A stretch of DNA of 64,000 nucleotides, from the NCBI GenBank assembly GCA_010909165.1, contig MU008154.1, forward strand, positions 310,001 to 374,000, written 5' to 3'. The notes under the pieces were generated by a model, which was not told where the DNA came from, did no database searches, and saw only the letters and a list, made by a program, of their open reading frames with translations. The stretch is from Anthoceros angustus (lineage: Eukaryota > Plantae > Anthocerotophyta). This document shows, in pieces, positions 22,147 through 34,445 of this stretch; position 1 is the first letter of the stretch; each line of letters starts with the position of its first letter. The translations under genes and the position numbers were made by a program.

Positions 22147-24665
22147 ACCACCCGTAGAACAGAGGGAAAGAGAGGTCCCACAACCCAGGACTCTGCACTA
22201 CACTCTATTATCCGACTATGAAAGAACAACATACATATATAGTCTGCGGCGGGCGTCCGTTGAGAGTAGCGGGATAGCCCAGCAGAATGCCACGGGGCAA
22301 GGACCTTTCTGCTCGTCATCAGCCTGAGATACAAAACCAGGAGCAGCCATTACACGACCGAGGATCGTGTGACCGAAGTCTCTGCTTCCTCATGTTTGAG
22401 TTGTCCTGGCACTCCTACTAGTATGTCCCGCTGCGGCTGCTGTCGGACACCTGCTGCCACCCCTGAGTTCATGTCCGTTGAGAGTGTCTCATAGCTTCAG
22501 CACCAATGTTCCTGTAGGGATGCCAGAGCTGACTGTTGCGTCTGTTGATTGTACACTTGTGGTTTCCCTGACTGGCTGTAGTCTCGGCATCCGCCTACGC
22601 GTTGGCACCTCCCAGCATTCTGTGTGCTCAAGCTTCAAATCGATGTGCACCTGCACAGCTGTAGTATAACCTGTGAAGATGAAATCGACTTGATTAAACG
22701 ATGTGCGCCCCGGGAGTTCGGGTTTCCTGTACAAACTCCACAAGAGGACCCCCGTCCGTTTAGAGTTCGAATAGGTGCCCAGCAACCAGCCCTAACCGTG
22801 AACAACGAGTTCTTTTTCACGTGAAGTCTGAGCATTATGAAAAGGAAGATTGCAGTACGAGCTCAGCACCAGATAGCACCACATCATGGGCAGATAAGTG
22901 CCAAGCGCACAAAGAGTTTTCCAACATTTACGTGGTGGGGTGGAATTATTTATGGTTATGGATACCTTTATCTATTTTCGGATTATTTATAATTTTATAA
23001 TTCTTCAGATCTATATATAGTAAATAAAATTTATATTAAAATTACATCTTTGCATAATGAATAATTATATATATATATCTAATAGTTTACTGATTTTAAT
23101 AATATGATATTGTTTATCGATGTCAAGAAGAAGTCTTGGGATGAGGAAGGGAGGGTAGATGTTTATTTCATGATTTGAAGTGTATCTCATTGAATAACAC
23201 ATTAGAGGGAAGAGTAATAGGGGTCGAAGGTACCAATCCCTGAGATGTGATTGGAGGATGCTTAACCTAACCATGGAGTTTCAATGAGCTTGGGTTACCA
23301 TATAGTCCTCCAACAATGAGATTTTCTTGTATGAAAATTAAAATTTATTAACTCTTTAACGTATTAGGAAAGAAACTTACTTCAAAGAGCTGCCTACCTA
23401 TAAAGACTTAGAACTAGGTGCCTAGTCTAAGATTATATGATTCTGCTCTACTAGAGAAACGGATGGATGGGTGTGCCCGTGTTAGTGTTTGATGTCACAC
23501 AACAAAGGTCGGAGAAACCGACAAAGGGGTTGTTGCACGGGCACCCAAATTTAACAAGTGCTTTGCGATGGCTTTTGTTGGTTTTAGGGAGAGTAATGTA
23601 TGTATGTGGTGCGTGGGGTGTTAACGGATCTCTTTAGCATGACACCATGTTTCTTTACGAAGTCGGGGGTTTCTTTGAAGCGCTGGGAGCTGGGTTTTGG
23701 ATTTCGGGCAGGAAGAACGGACTTGTCTACGGTGACGTGAAGAAAGATTTGCGATTGTGTGTAGCAGCGCAATTCGTGTTCGGAGGCTGAGAGCCTCGGG
23801 CTGCGTTCCCGCACCGATCTTGCCCGGCCTGGCCTGGCCTTGCTTTGCCTCATCAAGGGCCTGGCTTGCCTTGCCTTGCCTTGTCTCGTCGGCTGTGCTG
23901 TGCTTGCGGTGTTGTTGTGGTGGTGTGGTGTGCAGTCCAATTTGGCTGACACGACACGCAATTCGAACTTGTGGAAGCAGTGCACGCACAGCGTAGCCTA
24001 CAGCACTGCTCTGTGGACAGCGCCACCCGCAAGCACCTGGATTCGCTCCCTTCGAAATCTTTGGGAGTGTGCTTCGTCTCGGCTCGGCTTCCCGTCTGTG
24101 ATGTGCGGGAGAGAGGCTCGACTTGTCAGTGCTGGCTCTAATTGCCCCGCCTTCTTCCTCGCTGCTGCCTAGGTCTGGCATTGCCCCGGTTGGAGGCGGG
24201 CTTGGGACCGGGTTTCTTGAGTGGATGTGACTTCTTCTCATGAATGTTGCCTTGGCGAGCTGGTTCTTGGCTAGCATCCCGGTTTCTTGACTGGCTGCGC
24301 CCCGACATGGATTGTGATTATCGCACGGCCTTGGCGCTGGAAGATTAGGCTTTTGGACGTCTCTGTTCCGCATTTTGTCTCGGGAGCCAGCTCTGACGCA
24401 CATTAGATGCGCAAGGCAGTCCGGCGAGCTGGCATTCGGTGGAGGACCTGCTGGCAAGCTGTCTCATTTCCAGGATGGAGGAGGGAGCGGGGGAAGGGAG
24501 CCCGGTCTGGTTTTGTGGAAACTGCGACAGGAAAACGCGCGGGTCAGGCGGTGTGCCGGGATCTTGAGAGGACTGTTACAATTCTGAGGTGAGGTGCTGG
24601 CTCTGGAAATGTTGTGAGGAAAGGATGGAGACCGCCTTTCTTGATTAGGTTTCAGAGGAGTGTTT

Positions 24666-24703
24666 CTTGCTTCTTCTTCTTCTTCTTCTTCTTCTTCGTC
24701 TTC
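24666..24703 (+). repeat. (CTT)n microsatellite upstream of the trihelix gene
   Basis: About 10 perfect ctt units. Confidence 0.95.
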
Positions 24704-24855
24704 ATGGCTTTCTCTGATGAACTGCAGCTGTTGTTGCTCAAAATAAACACAGGCTTGGGCCAAGGGCTTGACTGGATAGGGGGGGACTCCAGGGAAGGCA
24801 GCAGCTGTGAGTGGTAGGCGAGGGAGACTGCAGCTTTTTTCTGCAGCCGGCTCGG

Positions 24856-25710
24856 ATGATGACGGATCTTTCAGCGTCTACTCCCACTCCAGGCCTGTTC
24901 GGCAGCACTACCACACAAACGAATTCTGAGAAACGGAAGAGGTCTCGGAACTGGGATCATCGGGAGATGGTATTGCTGGTACAGGCGAAGAAGGAAGAGT
25001 GGGAGAGTCACGAGAACGGACGGAACTCTGAGAGATTCAAATCGTCCTCCGACAAGTGGCAGAGGGTGGTGCAACACCTGGTGGCAAACGGGATTGCGGA
25101 CAGGGACATCGACCAATGCAGAGGGAAGTGGGACAATCTGCTCTCCGACTACAAGCTCATCAAAGATTGGCAGAAAGCTGAGGGCACGCAGTACTTGTCT
25201 ATGTCACGGGAAACCAAGAAGAAGAACAAGCTACCATACTGTTTCGACACGGAACTGATGGAGCTTCTAGACTCGTTCCAAGGGAAGAAGCCCACGATTC
25301 TGGACAACTCGGCTCCCCTCACACCCTTCTCACAGGACGACCTGGTGCGCGAGGACAGGGACCCTGCGTCCAGGGAGAAGGATACTGATTCTGGTGGAAA
25401 GAAGAAGAGAAAGCTGTCCAATGGCCGGATAGTGCACTCTGCCCAGCCTGTAGTTTCTTCTAATGCAGTAGTGGTCCACTCCAGCACTGTGGTGCAAGCT
25501 ATCCGGGAGACCAAAGACAGCTATGTATCACTTTTAGGGGAAATGGAGATGAAGAGAGACGAAAGGTACCACCAGAACATGGCTCTGGAGAGGGAAAGAC
25601 TGGACATGGAAAGGGCTCGGATGGAGCTCGAGCGTGAAGATAGGAAAGAGCTGATAGGAGTGCTGGGCATGCTGGCAAAAGCCTTTGAGAAGATAGCAGA
25701 GAAAATGTGA
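24856..25710 (+). CDS. Trihelix transcription factor (Myb/SANT-like, ASR3/SH4 clade-like)
   Basis: W..EM..LVQAK...KW..V......R...QCRGKWDNLLSDYKLIKDW, then LPYCFD.EL; C-terminal coiled coil ending LIGVLGMLAKAFEKIAEKM. No intron within the CDS. Confidence 0.88.
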   Translation: MMTDLSASTPTPGLFGSTTTQTNSEKRKRSRNWDHREMVLLVQAKKEEWESHENGRNSERFKSSSDKWQRVVQHLVANGIADRDIDQCRGKWDNLLSDYKLIKDWQKAEGTQYLSMSRETKKKNKLPYCFDTELMELLDSFQGKKPTILDNSAPLTPFSQDDLVREDRDPASREKDTDSGGKKKRKLSNGRIVHSAQPVVSSNAVVVHSSTVVQAIRETKDSYVSLLGEMEMKRDERYHQNMALERERLDMERARMELEREDRKELIGVLGMLAKAFEKIAEKM

Positions 25711-27568
25711 AAGTGTGGGTCAGCACGGCCTGAGCCGACAAGCCCATGGATATCCCGAGTTCTCACAGGGTTGGGGGTACGACGTCCCACTGCCTCCCGA
25801 CAGAGGCGGTAGGTAGCTAACAGCAGTCAGTCTCTCATTTTTGAATCCTAGCCTCTACATCCAAACAATCCTAGACTTTGTATCATACCTGAAGAGAGCA
25901 GCAGTTGAGAGTAGGTCGTAAAATCGGTGTGTAGGCACAAACTTGTACTCTTTGCAACAGTCATTTTACTCACATGGTTCCGTCAAAAGTCTGTACAGTA
26001 TTTCGACTCTCCTCTGTACTACGTCTGTGCATGGCCCCTACATCCTGCATGTGCGGACGCAAATCCCACCAAGCACCTTGCAACATGCTCAGCCAGGATT
26101 TTTCCACAGGCAACTCACAAAACATGCTTTCGAAAATCTGCAAGCAGAAAGGAGGAGGGGGAATTCTTCCTTCGCAGTCTATGGTGTCAAGAAGACGAGT
26201 GAATCCTCGACTGTCTGGGCGCCGAAGACGAGGAAGAAGAAGAAGACGAGGCCAGCATGTTGGCCAGAAATGCTACACACACGAGCACAAAGGCCACAAA
26301 ACCCAGCAGAGAAGCCGCCAAAGCCACCGACATCGCTGCCATGGACAAATCCAGACAAAGCTGGACGAGGTCCCGAACAGTAAACATGACAGCGGAGGAT
26401 CACCCACAACCCCCAGTCCCGAACCACAGCTGCATCAGATCCCAGCACCACAATTCGATGAGCTCGCAGGCCCTGCGGAAAGAAGCAGAGGCATGACAGC
26501 GCCCTCGAGGTGAAGCAGGCAGAAGGAGATCCAAGAGACTTGCCTCTGCGTTGCTTGAGCTGGGCACTACGGTAAGCATGTGGTGCTGCTGCAGCAAGCC
26601 GAACAAGTGCTGGACCTGAAACAGGATTCCCGAGTCCCGACCGTCGGGACTCGATGCTAAGAAGGGGAGCAGCAAGCAACAGCAGGACACCTGTGCACCT
26701 AAAACCTAACACCCCCTGTAACTGCTGCTACGCGCTAACCATCACGGTTGCTGCATCAGCTGACGACTCCACCGCCAGGACCAGGATTCGCCGATTGACT
26801 CCTGACTGCAAGGTTGGAACCTGTGGTGCTGCCCTCTGATCCCACGGCCTTGTAAGGAGTAGACACATGCACAACCGACCCATTAAACCTCTCGTCTGAA
26901 CTGCGTTCCATTTCCGCACTCTCCTGCTGCCTATGTATATAAGCGCAGCAGAGCCAGCAGGCCTTGTGCGTGCGTGCTGGCGTGCGTATCTACTACAAGC
27001 ACATGCGTGTGTGTTGTGTGGGACGGGAGCACACGGAAATATGTTCAAGGACGTGGAACAGACGCAGCCACCGTTGTCTCCATGCTTCTTGGCTTCCCTA
27101 TATGAAGGGCAGGGCTGGGTGCGGTGATGCACAGCTTGCAGGGTGCTTGTGGGTAACTCCCACCTGAAGTTGTGCTGTATGCAGAGGGGAATCGCATCTG
27201 AGATGTGGAGGTAAACCCTACAAGGCCCAAGAGCGCGCACGGGAGAGAGGCTAGGCTGGGCTGGGCTGGAGCGGAATTTGAATCTTGGGAGTGGGAGAGA
27301 GCTGTGGCGGATTCGTCTAGGTCGCAAGAAATGAGAATGGGTTGTTGGTGACGAGGAGGGGAAGCAGGAGTTCCCGATTGATTAGCCGCCGAGCCGCTTG
27401 TTGCCTTTCGTGGGTGGAACAGGGAATCGGTGGTTGCTTCTGCGATGATTTGCAGGGCGGGATGTGATGGATATTTTTTGTGAGAGGGTGATGTGATTGC
27501 GGAGTGGAGGAATCGGACAGGGCAGAGCAGAGCAGACCAGACCAGACCAGACCAGACCAGCTTCAGGG

Positions 27569-29188
27569 ATGTGGCATGAGGCTCGCAGGTCGGAGAAGCG
27601 GGTCCATGAGCTCATGGATGCCGCCAAGAGGCGGGCAGAGAGGCGAGCCGTCTTTCTGTCCAGACGGCGGGGGGACCCGCAGCAGTCGCTGCGGATTGTG
27701 GGGAGCAGATGCAGGTTGCACCACGACTCCGCCTTCTACCACTCCACGCAGGACGAGCACGGGCTGATTCCCTGGAACGGGAAGGAGGACAACCTGATCG
27801 ACAGGTTCGATGGGCGGGCTCTGCTGGACTACATCTCGGAGTACAATTTGCACCATGCGCAGCGGGAGAAGACGGAGGAGGAGGAGGAGCTGGAGGAGCT
27901 GGTGAATTTCGAGAGGTACAGGGATCTCATCAAGCAAAGGAGGCAGGGGCTGACGGACGAGGAGGGGCTGGAGGAGGTGGACACGGAGTTGGAGTCCAAG
28001 TCCAGGGCTTTGCTCACCGACAAGCATGGCTCGGCTCCGGGGAAGGGGGCTGCCCACAACACTGCGCAGTTCAGCTATGCCTACGAGAACGAGCCTGCCG
28101 AGGACCCGGATCTGCTGCTGGACAGCGGGGATGAGGACGAGGAGGACGGGGAGGAGATCACCAGCAGCGAGGACAGCGAGGATGAGGAGATGGAGAACAT
28201 CGCCAAGGTGTACGGGGTGGACAGCTTCGCCAGGCTGGTGCATCTGGAGAGGAAGACCAAGGAGGAGGAGAGGAAGCAGAAGGAGGCTGCCAAGTGTGAT
28301 CTGAGCATGAAGAAGCTGAGCAGGAAGGAGAGGAGGAAGTTTGCCCAGCAGGAGAGGGAGAAGGAGAAGGAGGCTGCCAGGCTCAAGAGCACAGGGACTG
28401 CCTTTGATCCGTACAGGGAGCAGAGGGGGAGTCCGACCTACGAGAGCTACCATCGCTCCAGGAGGGAGAGGAGGAGAGGAGGGGTGGTGGGTGTGGCCAT
28501 GGGAGGCGGAGGCGGAGGTGGAGGTGGGACTGTTGAGAGCAAGGGGGATGGGGGTGGGAAGGGAAGTAGTGGGAAGGGAGAAGGGGGAGCAGCCTCGTCT
28601 ACAGGACCAGCCCAGATAGAGTACATCACGGAGTTCGAGATTGCAGATGCAGATGCTGGGAGCTCTGGGGGAGGGCCGCCCCCGCCTGTGTACTCCCCGT
28701 ATCGGGAGCCTCTGAATCGGCACCAAGGGAACCAGATCCTGGAAGCTGTGCGGAGTGATCCTGCTGCTGTGCTTGACAACAACAACGTCATCTTGCCTGC
28801 CGCGCTGTATGCAGCCTGGGATGACAAGGCTGTGGGTGCCAATGCGTCTGCTCTTGCCAAGCTGCAGAAAACCCCTGCAGCTGTGCGGGCACCTGTTAGG
28901 AAGCCCGAGGCGGAGAAGAAGGAAACTCCGCAGGAACGGCTCAAGAGGATCATGTCCAAGCAGTTGAACAAGCAGATTAAGAAGGATACCATCACTGGGA
29001 TGGCCAAGCGGCGGGAACAGGAGAAGCAGAGGCAGGAGAAGCTTGCAGAAACAAGGAGCCTTGCGAGGCGTTGGAGCAGGAGTAGGAGCCGAAGCCGGAG
29101 CCTCTCTCCATCTTGGTCTTCCAGGCGGGAAGCTCACACTTACAGACGGCATTCGAGATCACCGCCGCCTCATAGACACCATAGATAG
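27569..29188 (+). CDS. CLASRP: CLK4-associating Ser/Arg-rich splicing protein (DRY_EERY/SWAP-like domain), intronless
   Basis: MWHEARRSEKRVHELMDAAKRRAERRA, LIPWNG..DNLIDRFDGRALLD, EELVNFERYRDLIK, IEYITEF, ETPQERLKRIMSKQLNKQIKKD and an RS tail. Confidence 0.93.
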   Translation: MWHEARRSEKRVHELMDAAKRRAERRAVFLSRRRGDPQQSLRIVGSRCRLHHDSAFYHSTQDEHGLIPWNGKEDNLIDRFDGRALLDYISEYNLHHAQREKTEEEEELEELVNFERYRDLIKQRRQGLTDEEGLEEVDTELESKSRALLTDKHGSAPGKGAAHNTAQFSYAYENEPAEDPDLLLDSGDEDEEDGEEITSSEDSEDEEMENIAKVYGVDSFARLVHLERKTKEEERKQKEAAKCDLSMKKLSRKERRKFAQQEREKEKEAARLKSTGTAFDPYREQRGSPTYESYHRSRRERRRGGVVGVAMGGGGGGGGGTVESKGDGGGKGSSGKGEGGAASSTGPAQIEYITEFEIADADAGSSGGGPPPPVYSPYREPLNRHQGNQILEAVRSDPAAVLDNNNVILPAALYAAWDDKAVGANASALAKLQKTPAAVRAPVRKPEAEKKETPQERLKRIMSKQLNKQIKKDTITGMAKRREQEKQRQEKLAETRSLARRWSRSRSRSRSLSPSWSSRREAHTYRRHSRSPPPHRHHR

Positions 29189-29773
29189 CAGGAGTGTAGC
29201 TGGCGTATGGCATCCTTTTACATGTGCGAAGGTGGATGTGGTCGTCCCCAGATGCTTCAAGGAGTGCTGCGTCTTCTTGCTGGCCTGACTCGAGGATATC
29301 TGTGGTCACTTGCAGTATGTCGTAGCCGGAACATGGATCTCAGTCGAGCATTCAGATCATGAAGAGGGAGCATTTCATTCTTCGAACTCGGAACAGGAAT
29401 TTCGTTTGTAGATCAGTGATGGGTCTGGTCATCTTGAGTGCCCGGTCTGTACAATCTTGCTGCCTTTATGGGATGTATCGACTCAACAAGATGGGGCAAG
29501 CTGAATGAGTTACACGATCCACCGGCTGCCCCTGGGACCCTGTGACTCGAGCGCAAGCAAGCGGGGCGGGGTGGACAAGTTTCCCACTGCTGGGCTCCAC
29601 TCATGGAAATGTATGCAGTGCGCCATCTGTGATCTCCACCTGCCCAATTCTAGGGAGGCCGATCTTTGCTTTAACGATGGTCCTTCATAGCCTCACCACC
29701 GAGTACTCGGAATTTTTGTCCATCCGCTATGTTGCTACATACACTGACTGACTCCTCTGTACTGTACGAGCAC

Positions 29774-30543
29774 CTACTTCGTTGGAACAAACTGATGCTG
29801 AAAGTTGTAAATGCCCACGGATGTAGCAGCTTTCTCGTCATACTCAACAAAATCCCCGTCTGACAGATCAATATCGGCAAACTTGGTTCCTGTCAACTGC
29901 GCCAGGGAGGGACAACATCATCAGCACACACACAGTCCAACAGAGCACCCACACACCAACTTCCCGACAACACTCACACCCTCCGCAGCCCAGCCATCCT
30001 TAGGGTAAAACTCCACAGTCTCGATGCCTCTACAATCGAAGCAAGCAATAGGCACAAATCGGCCTGCTTCACTGTCCTCCGCCGTGAAAGTCTTCCCCCG
30101 TCCTTCCACCAGAGATATCGTGCCCGCTCTGTCACAGACCTTGCACTGCCGACAGCCCCAGCACAGAAACAGCATCAGCCTGTGTGAACGGGAGACACAT
30201 ACATGCACGCACAGGTGCTGGCTCTGCACCTTCTGGACAAGATGGGCTGTCCCACGGCTCTTTGGGATGTCATACTGCTCAGAGGCCGTCACACTGGACT
30301 CCTTGTCGCTCTCGCTCCCACAATTTCCACATTTCACCTGCACCGCCTCTGCACGCAACTGTGAGCCACCGGAGCTGCAGATGCAGAACGCTCACAAAAT
30401 TGAAGGAGCTCACGTGTGCGTGCATCATGTCAGAAGCAAACCTTGATGTAGAAGGTGAATTCCGAACCATCAGAACCTCCCTTGGCACTCAGGTTGGTGA
30501 GATTCTCCAGGTCCGCCTTGATTTGAAGCAGCAGAAGCACCAT
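29774..30543 (-). CDS. CZIB: CXXC zinc-binding protein (UPF0587/DUF866, C1orf123-like), multi-exon
   Basis: Spliced product: MVLLLLQIKADLENLT...FYIK|VKCGNCG...SRGTAHLVQK|CKVCDR...FDCRGIE..EFYP...GTKF.DIDLSDGDFVEYDEKA..SVGI. Confidence 0.93.
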
Positions 30544-31246
30544 CTCCGGTTGCAGAGTCTAAAGTCAATACGAAAGCTGACTTACTGCGGACATAAGTGC
30601 GAAAGGCAGTGTCATTTCGGAGCAAGGTTTCCAACTTCCATGACTTGTAGTGGCATGCACTGAGATGCAGGAAACGTTGATGTTTGTTGTCTCAAGCACC
30701 CAGCACGCTGGTGATTCTCTATCACTTCCCTACCCAACTGCATCTCAACAGAAGGACACTTGTTGGGTTTCGTTACCTCAACTGCTAGAAGGAAGAGTCA
30801 AATAGAGAACGGTAGACAGAAAGTCCGGAGTCTTCGGCCTAGCTCCCAGAAGCCTGGATTCCCTGGAGTGAGCTCACATAGCCATAGCCCAGATCATGCC
30901 AATTCAAGAATGAGCCGAGGTCCTGGGTCGTGATGTGTACATGTTCCGAATATATGGGTACAGAGTACAGGTAGAATACATGCTGTTCTTTATAGGAGTG
31001 GAAAACAAGTCTGCCAAATCTGGATTTCGCATCTACGTTCCAGTGGGGCCATCACGATCGGAATTCATTGGCAGACCAGATTGACCAACCACGGATGTGC
31101 AAGATGCGTTAAAATACTCTCTGAACCGAGATCCCGTCGTCGGCTTTCCGGTAACCACTGTGGAAAGTAGGGAACTACTTTAACCTCTTCCACTCGTTGT
31201 GAAGAGCAGGTTTGCTCTGCCCTGGCGGAGACAGGAAGGGGATCCG

Positions 31247-33685
31247 ATGGCTGCCATGCCACGATGCCGCCTCCGCCTTCGGATCGTGCTGCTGCTGGCG
31301 TTCGTGCTGCTCCCCTCTGCTTACTCTTATCAGGTCTGTTTTTGTGCCCGCTTTGTCTCCGTTTCCAGCTGCAGGGTGCAGGATCTGGAGTTTGGGAGCT
31401 CGTTGTGATAATAGTGGGGCTTGGATTGGCCTGGGTGTCTTTGATGTTGATTTGTGGGGAACATAGGAGCATTGCAGAAGCGCAAGAGTTCGGCAATCAC
31501 CAGATGGTTGCTGTGCACATCTGCTTCCTGTACTTGGGGATTGCCGAGGATGTCAATTGGGGTTGCTAGTGCGTTCGTGACACTTCGAATAGGGTTTGGA
31601 GTTATGCATTGCGTGTATTTTGGTCGTCCTTGAGTTGCATCTGAGGTGATGACACACAGTGGTCACCATTGTGGGGGTTTGAATTTTCCCTTTGTATTGG
31701 TCTGTTCTCTTCTCTCAGCCGTGGGTTTCGTTCAAGCAGTATTCGTGGAAGCAGCTTTGCTCTCTTCTCACTCTGCTTTGTTTGTTAGTTGGCTTATAGC
31801 TAACTGATATGCTGCTTTTATCCATAGGTTTTTGTATCTTTCCTTTCCGTGAAATTCAGTAGTTTGGACTGAGACTGGTATGAATTGGTGGGGTGTCCCA
31901 TGGTAAGGTGAATGACGGAGGTGCAGAGGTATCAGGAAACACATCTGCCAGCAAGTCCAGTGTTTGGCGACGCTCCAAAGTAGAGCCTCACGTCACACGT
32001 TTGGCTCTCAATTTTTTATTTTGTGTGAATTTTTCTTTGCTGTTGGCATTAGCGAGTACGCTCTCAACGCTGTGGTGCTATCTTGGGTGCTTCCCTGACA
32101 TCGCAGGCCAGAAGAGGTGTTCATCATTATTTGCTCCTGGTGCAGTCTGCTGACTGTTGGAACGTGTTTTGTTTCTCAGCAGCACATGCCGGAGGTGTTG
32201 AAGAAGGAAGGAACCATTGTTAATGGTGAATTTGGATCTGGAGGGGGCCTTTTTGATGCTTTCATAACCAGTCTTTCAATGATTCTTGTCAGTGAGGTAA
32301 AGGCTTCAATCCAGAGCAGATTTTTGCTGCAAAGCGACATTGGTTGACCTGCTTTTGCAAATCATTTTACTGGGTTGGAGTTCAGTTGGTAACCCCATCC
32401 TTACAGGATGCAAGGTTATGTTGCTCTCTAACTTAGCTGGAGTACCTTGAGCAGAGCATAATGCCTTGGTATGTGACAGATTGGGGATGAGACTTTCATC
32501 ATAGCTGCATTGATGGCCATGCGGCACCCCCGGGGAATTGTACTCTCAGGAGCACTGAGTGCTCTTTTTGTTATGACAGTAAGTCTTGACATACGGTTCT
32601 GGTACTTCTAAGTGTCTCAATTGGATCAAGCAAAGCCATGTATTTTCTTTGAGCCCGAACCCTCTTCTCTTTTTCTTTAATTTTCTGTAACATGGTGAAC
32701 CGTTTCCTCACAGATCCTTTCTACGGCACTCGGAAGGATTGTCCCCAACCTTATCTCTGCAAAGGCAACGAACCAGGCTGCCACAAGTACTCCCATGGAC
32801 CAATTCTCACCCTATAGTGTTGTGGTTTCTTAGCAGGTAGTTGATCCCTCGGTACTGTCTACACTGTGTTGCTGCTGAGGTTTGACCGCTCATTTGTCCA
32901 TTGCAGTCTTGTATACCTTCTTTGGATTGCGATTACTCTACATCGCATGGCGGGCAGATCCAAACGACACACCTCAAAAAGAATTGGAAGAGGTGAGACA
33001 TGGTACAAAGCTGAAGGAGTGTTACCTGGTTATCTTATTCATGAGCTGAAAGATGCTCAATTATTCTGGCTTGCTCTATTGTTTATGGTTCGTAAGGCCT
33101 TGTTCTTGTTTGGAGCAGGTTGAAGAGAAGCTTGAAGGTGGTACACAGAAGAAGTCTTTGACTCGCCGTTTCTTCTCTCGGTTCTGCACTCCAATCTTTC
33201 TGGAGGTAAGCTGTTGAACCCCTGAACAGGGTTTGTGGAAGGCGTATTAAGCTCAAATTCACCGGTCCTAGTCAAGCTTGGAATGCGGCCACGTTATGCT
33301 TTTGTTTCTCATTCGTTGTTGGCATCGGGGTGATTACAGGCGTTCATCCTTACTTTCTTAGCGGAGTGGGGAGACAGAAGTCAGATTGCCACTATTGCGG
33401 TATCTCTCATTGTCAAGTTTTTTTTTGAGGGCCTGTAACTTGTTTGGAAAGGCGCTCCTCGTTCAGCAAAATGATGATGTGTCTGTGGAATTGCAGCTGG
33501 CTGCTCACAAGAATGCAATTGGGGTCACTGTGGGCGCAACTCTAGGTCACACAGTGTGTACATCCCTGGCTGTTGTTGGAGGCCGGCTGGTGGCCCTCAA
33601 AATCTCTCAACGGACAGTGGCAACCATCGGCGGGCTGCTGTTCCTCATTTTTGCTATCAGCTCTTACATCTACCCTCCTGTGTAG
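31247..33685 (+). CDS. GDT1: GDT1/TMEM165 (UPF0016) Ca/Mn transporter, secretory type; multi-exon with a ~850-nt first intron
   Basis: Signal peptide and two E-x-G-D-x-[TS] motifs (VSE|IGDETF and AEWGDRSQ), plus GHTVCTSLAVVGG. Confidence 0.94.
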
Positions 33686-33821
33686 GTTCGTTTCTCTCAG
33701 TTGCCCACCGTCCCCATTATACTTTATCGACGGATGTATATTGTGGTGCGGAGATGGGCATGTGGGAGACGCTTTAAGTAGGCCCCCTTTAGTCGAGACC
33801 AGGCATGTTAGGGACTCTGAT

Positions 33822-34070
33822 GATTCAATTGTCCATGAATATGGATTTGTTTACTATAGATTCGAAGGTCATGAAACACCGGACACGTTAATGTGTCCGA
33901 ACGCAAAGGTTTTTTTCCGAAGACACCGGATTCAATTGTCCATGAATATGGATTTGTTTACTAAAAATTCGAAGGTTATGAAACACCGGACACGTTAATG
34001 CGTCCGAACACAAAGGTCTTTTTCCGAAGACACCGGATTCAATGGTCCACGAAAATGGACTTAATTACTC
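33822..34070. repeat. 107-bp tandem repeat, ~2.3 copies, each unit with a small hairpin
   Basis: gattcaat recurs at 33822, 33929 and 34036. Each full unit carries cggacac-gttaat-g(t/c)gtccg. Confidence 0.92.
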
Positions 34071-34445
34071 AAGATGCTTCAAAGATCAGATTGATCTCTC
34101 AGCTATATAGTTCCTACCATGTTAATGTAGGCATGTTGAATGTGTGCTCCTGATCGAAAACACGAACACCCTGTACTAAGGGTGCAACCAGTTTCAGAGA
34201 ATTTCCCACCTGAACACAACGAGCAAGCGCAGTATAGGGATTCAGTCATCCAATACGTAGATGTCAACTCAGAGGAACTCATTTTATGCTAGAAGTGAGC
34301 ACGCTGCAGTACTGTTGTCGTAAGCTAACCTCACTGCCAAGAGGAAATAAAGCCAGGCTGTAAGCTCCTAACTGGAGAGGCTGCCGCAATGTATACGCAG
34401 TCACTTTGTCTGGCGACTGCCATTCTTCCTCAGATAGGTTGCAGG

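Noticed and set aside
23621-24457. 278-aa minus-strand ORF upstream of GLE1
   Set aside because: GC-rich low-complexity sequence overlapping promoter and pentamer repeats, with no recognisable domain. It cannot be supported as a gene without transcripts.
26400-26402. Selenocysteine (GCU-like) reading of the in-frame TGA
   Set aside because: Land plants lack Sec machinery, no SECIS is evident, and the motif is not C-terminal as in thioredoxin reductase.
27563-29152. 529-aa minus-strand ORF
   Set aside because: Antisense shadow of GC3-rich CLASRP, with a Leu/Pro-rich composition and no domain.
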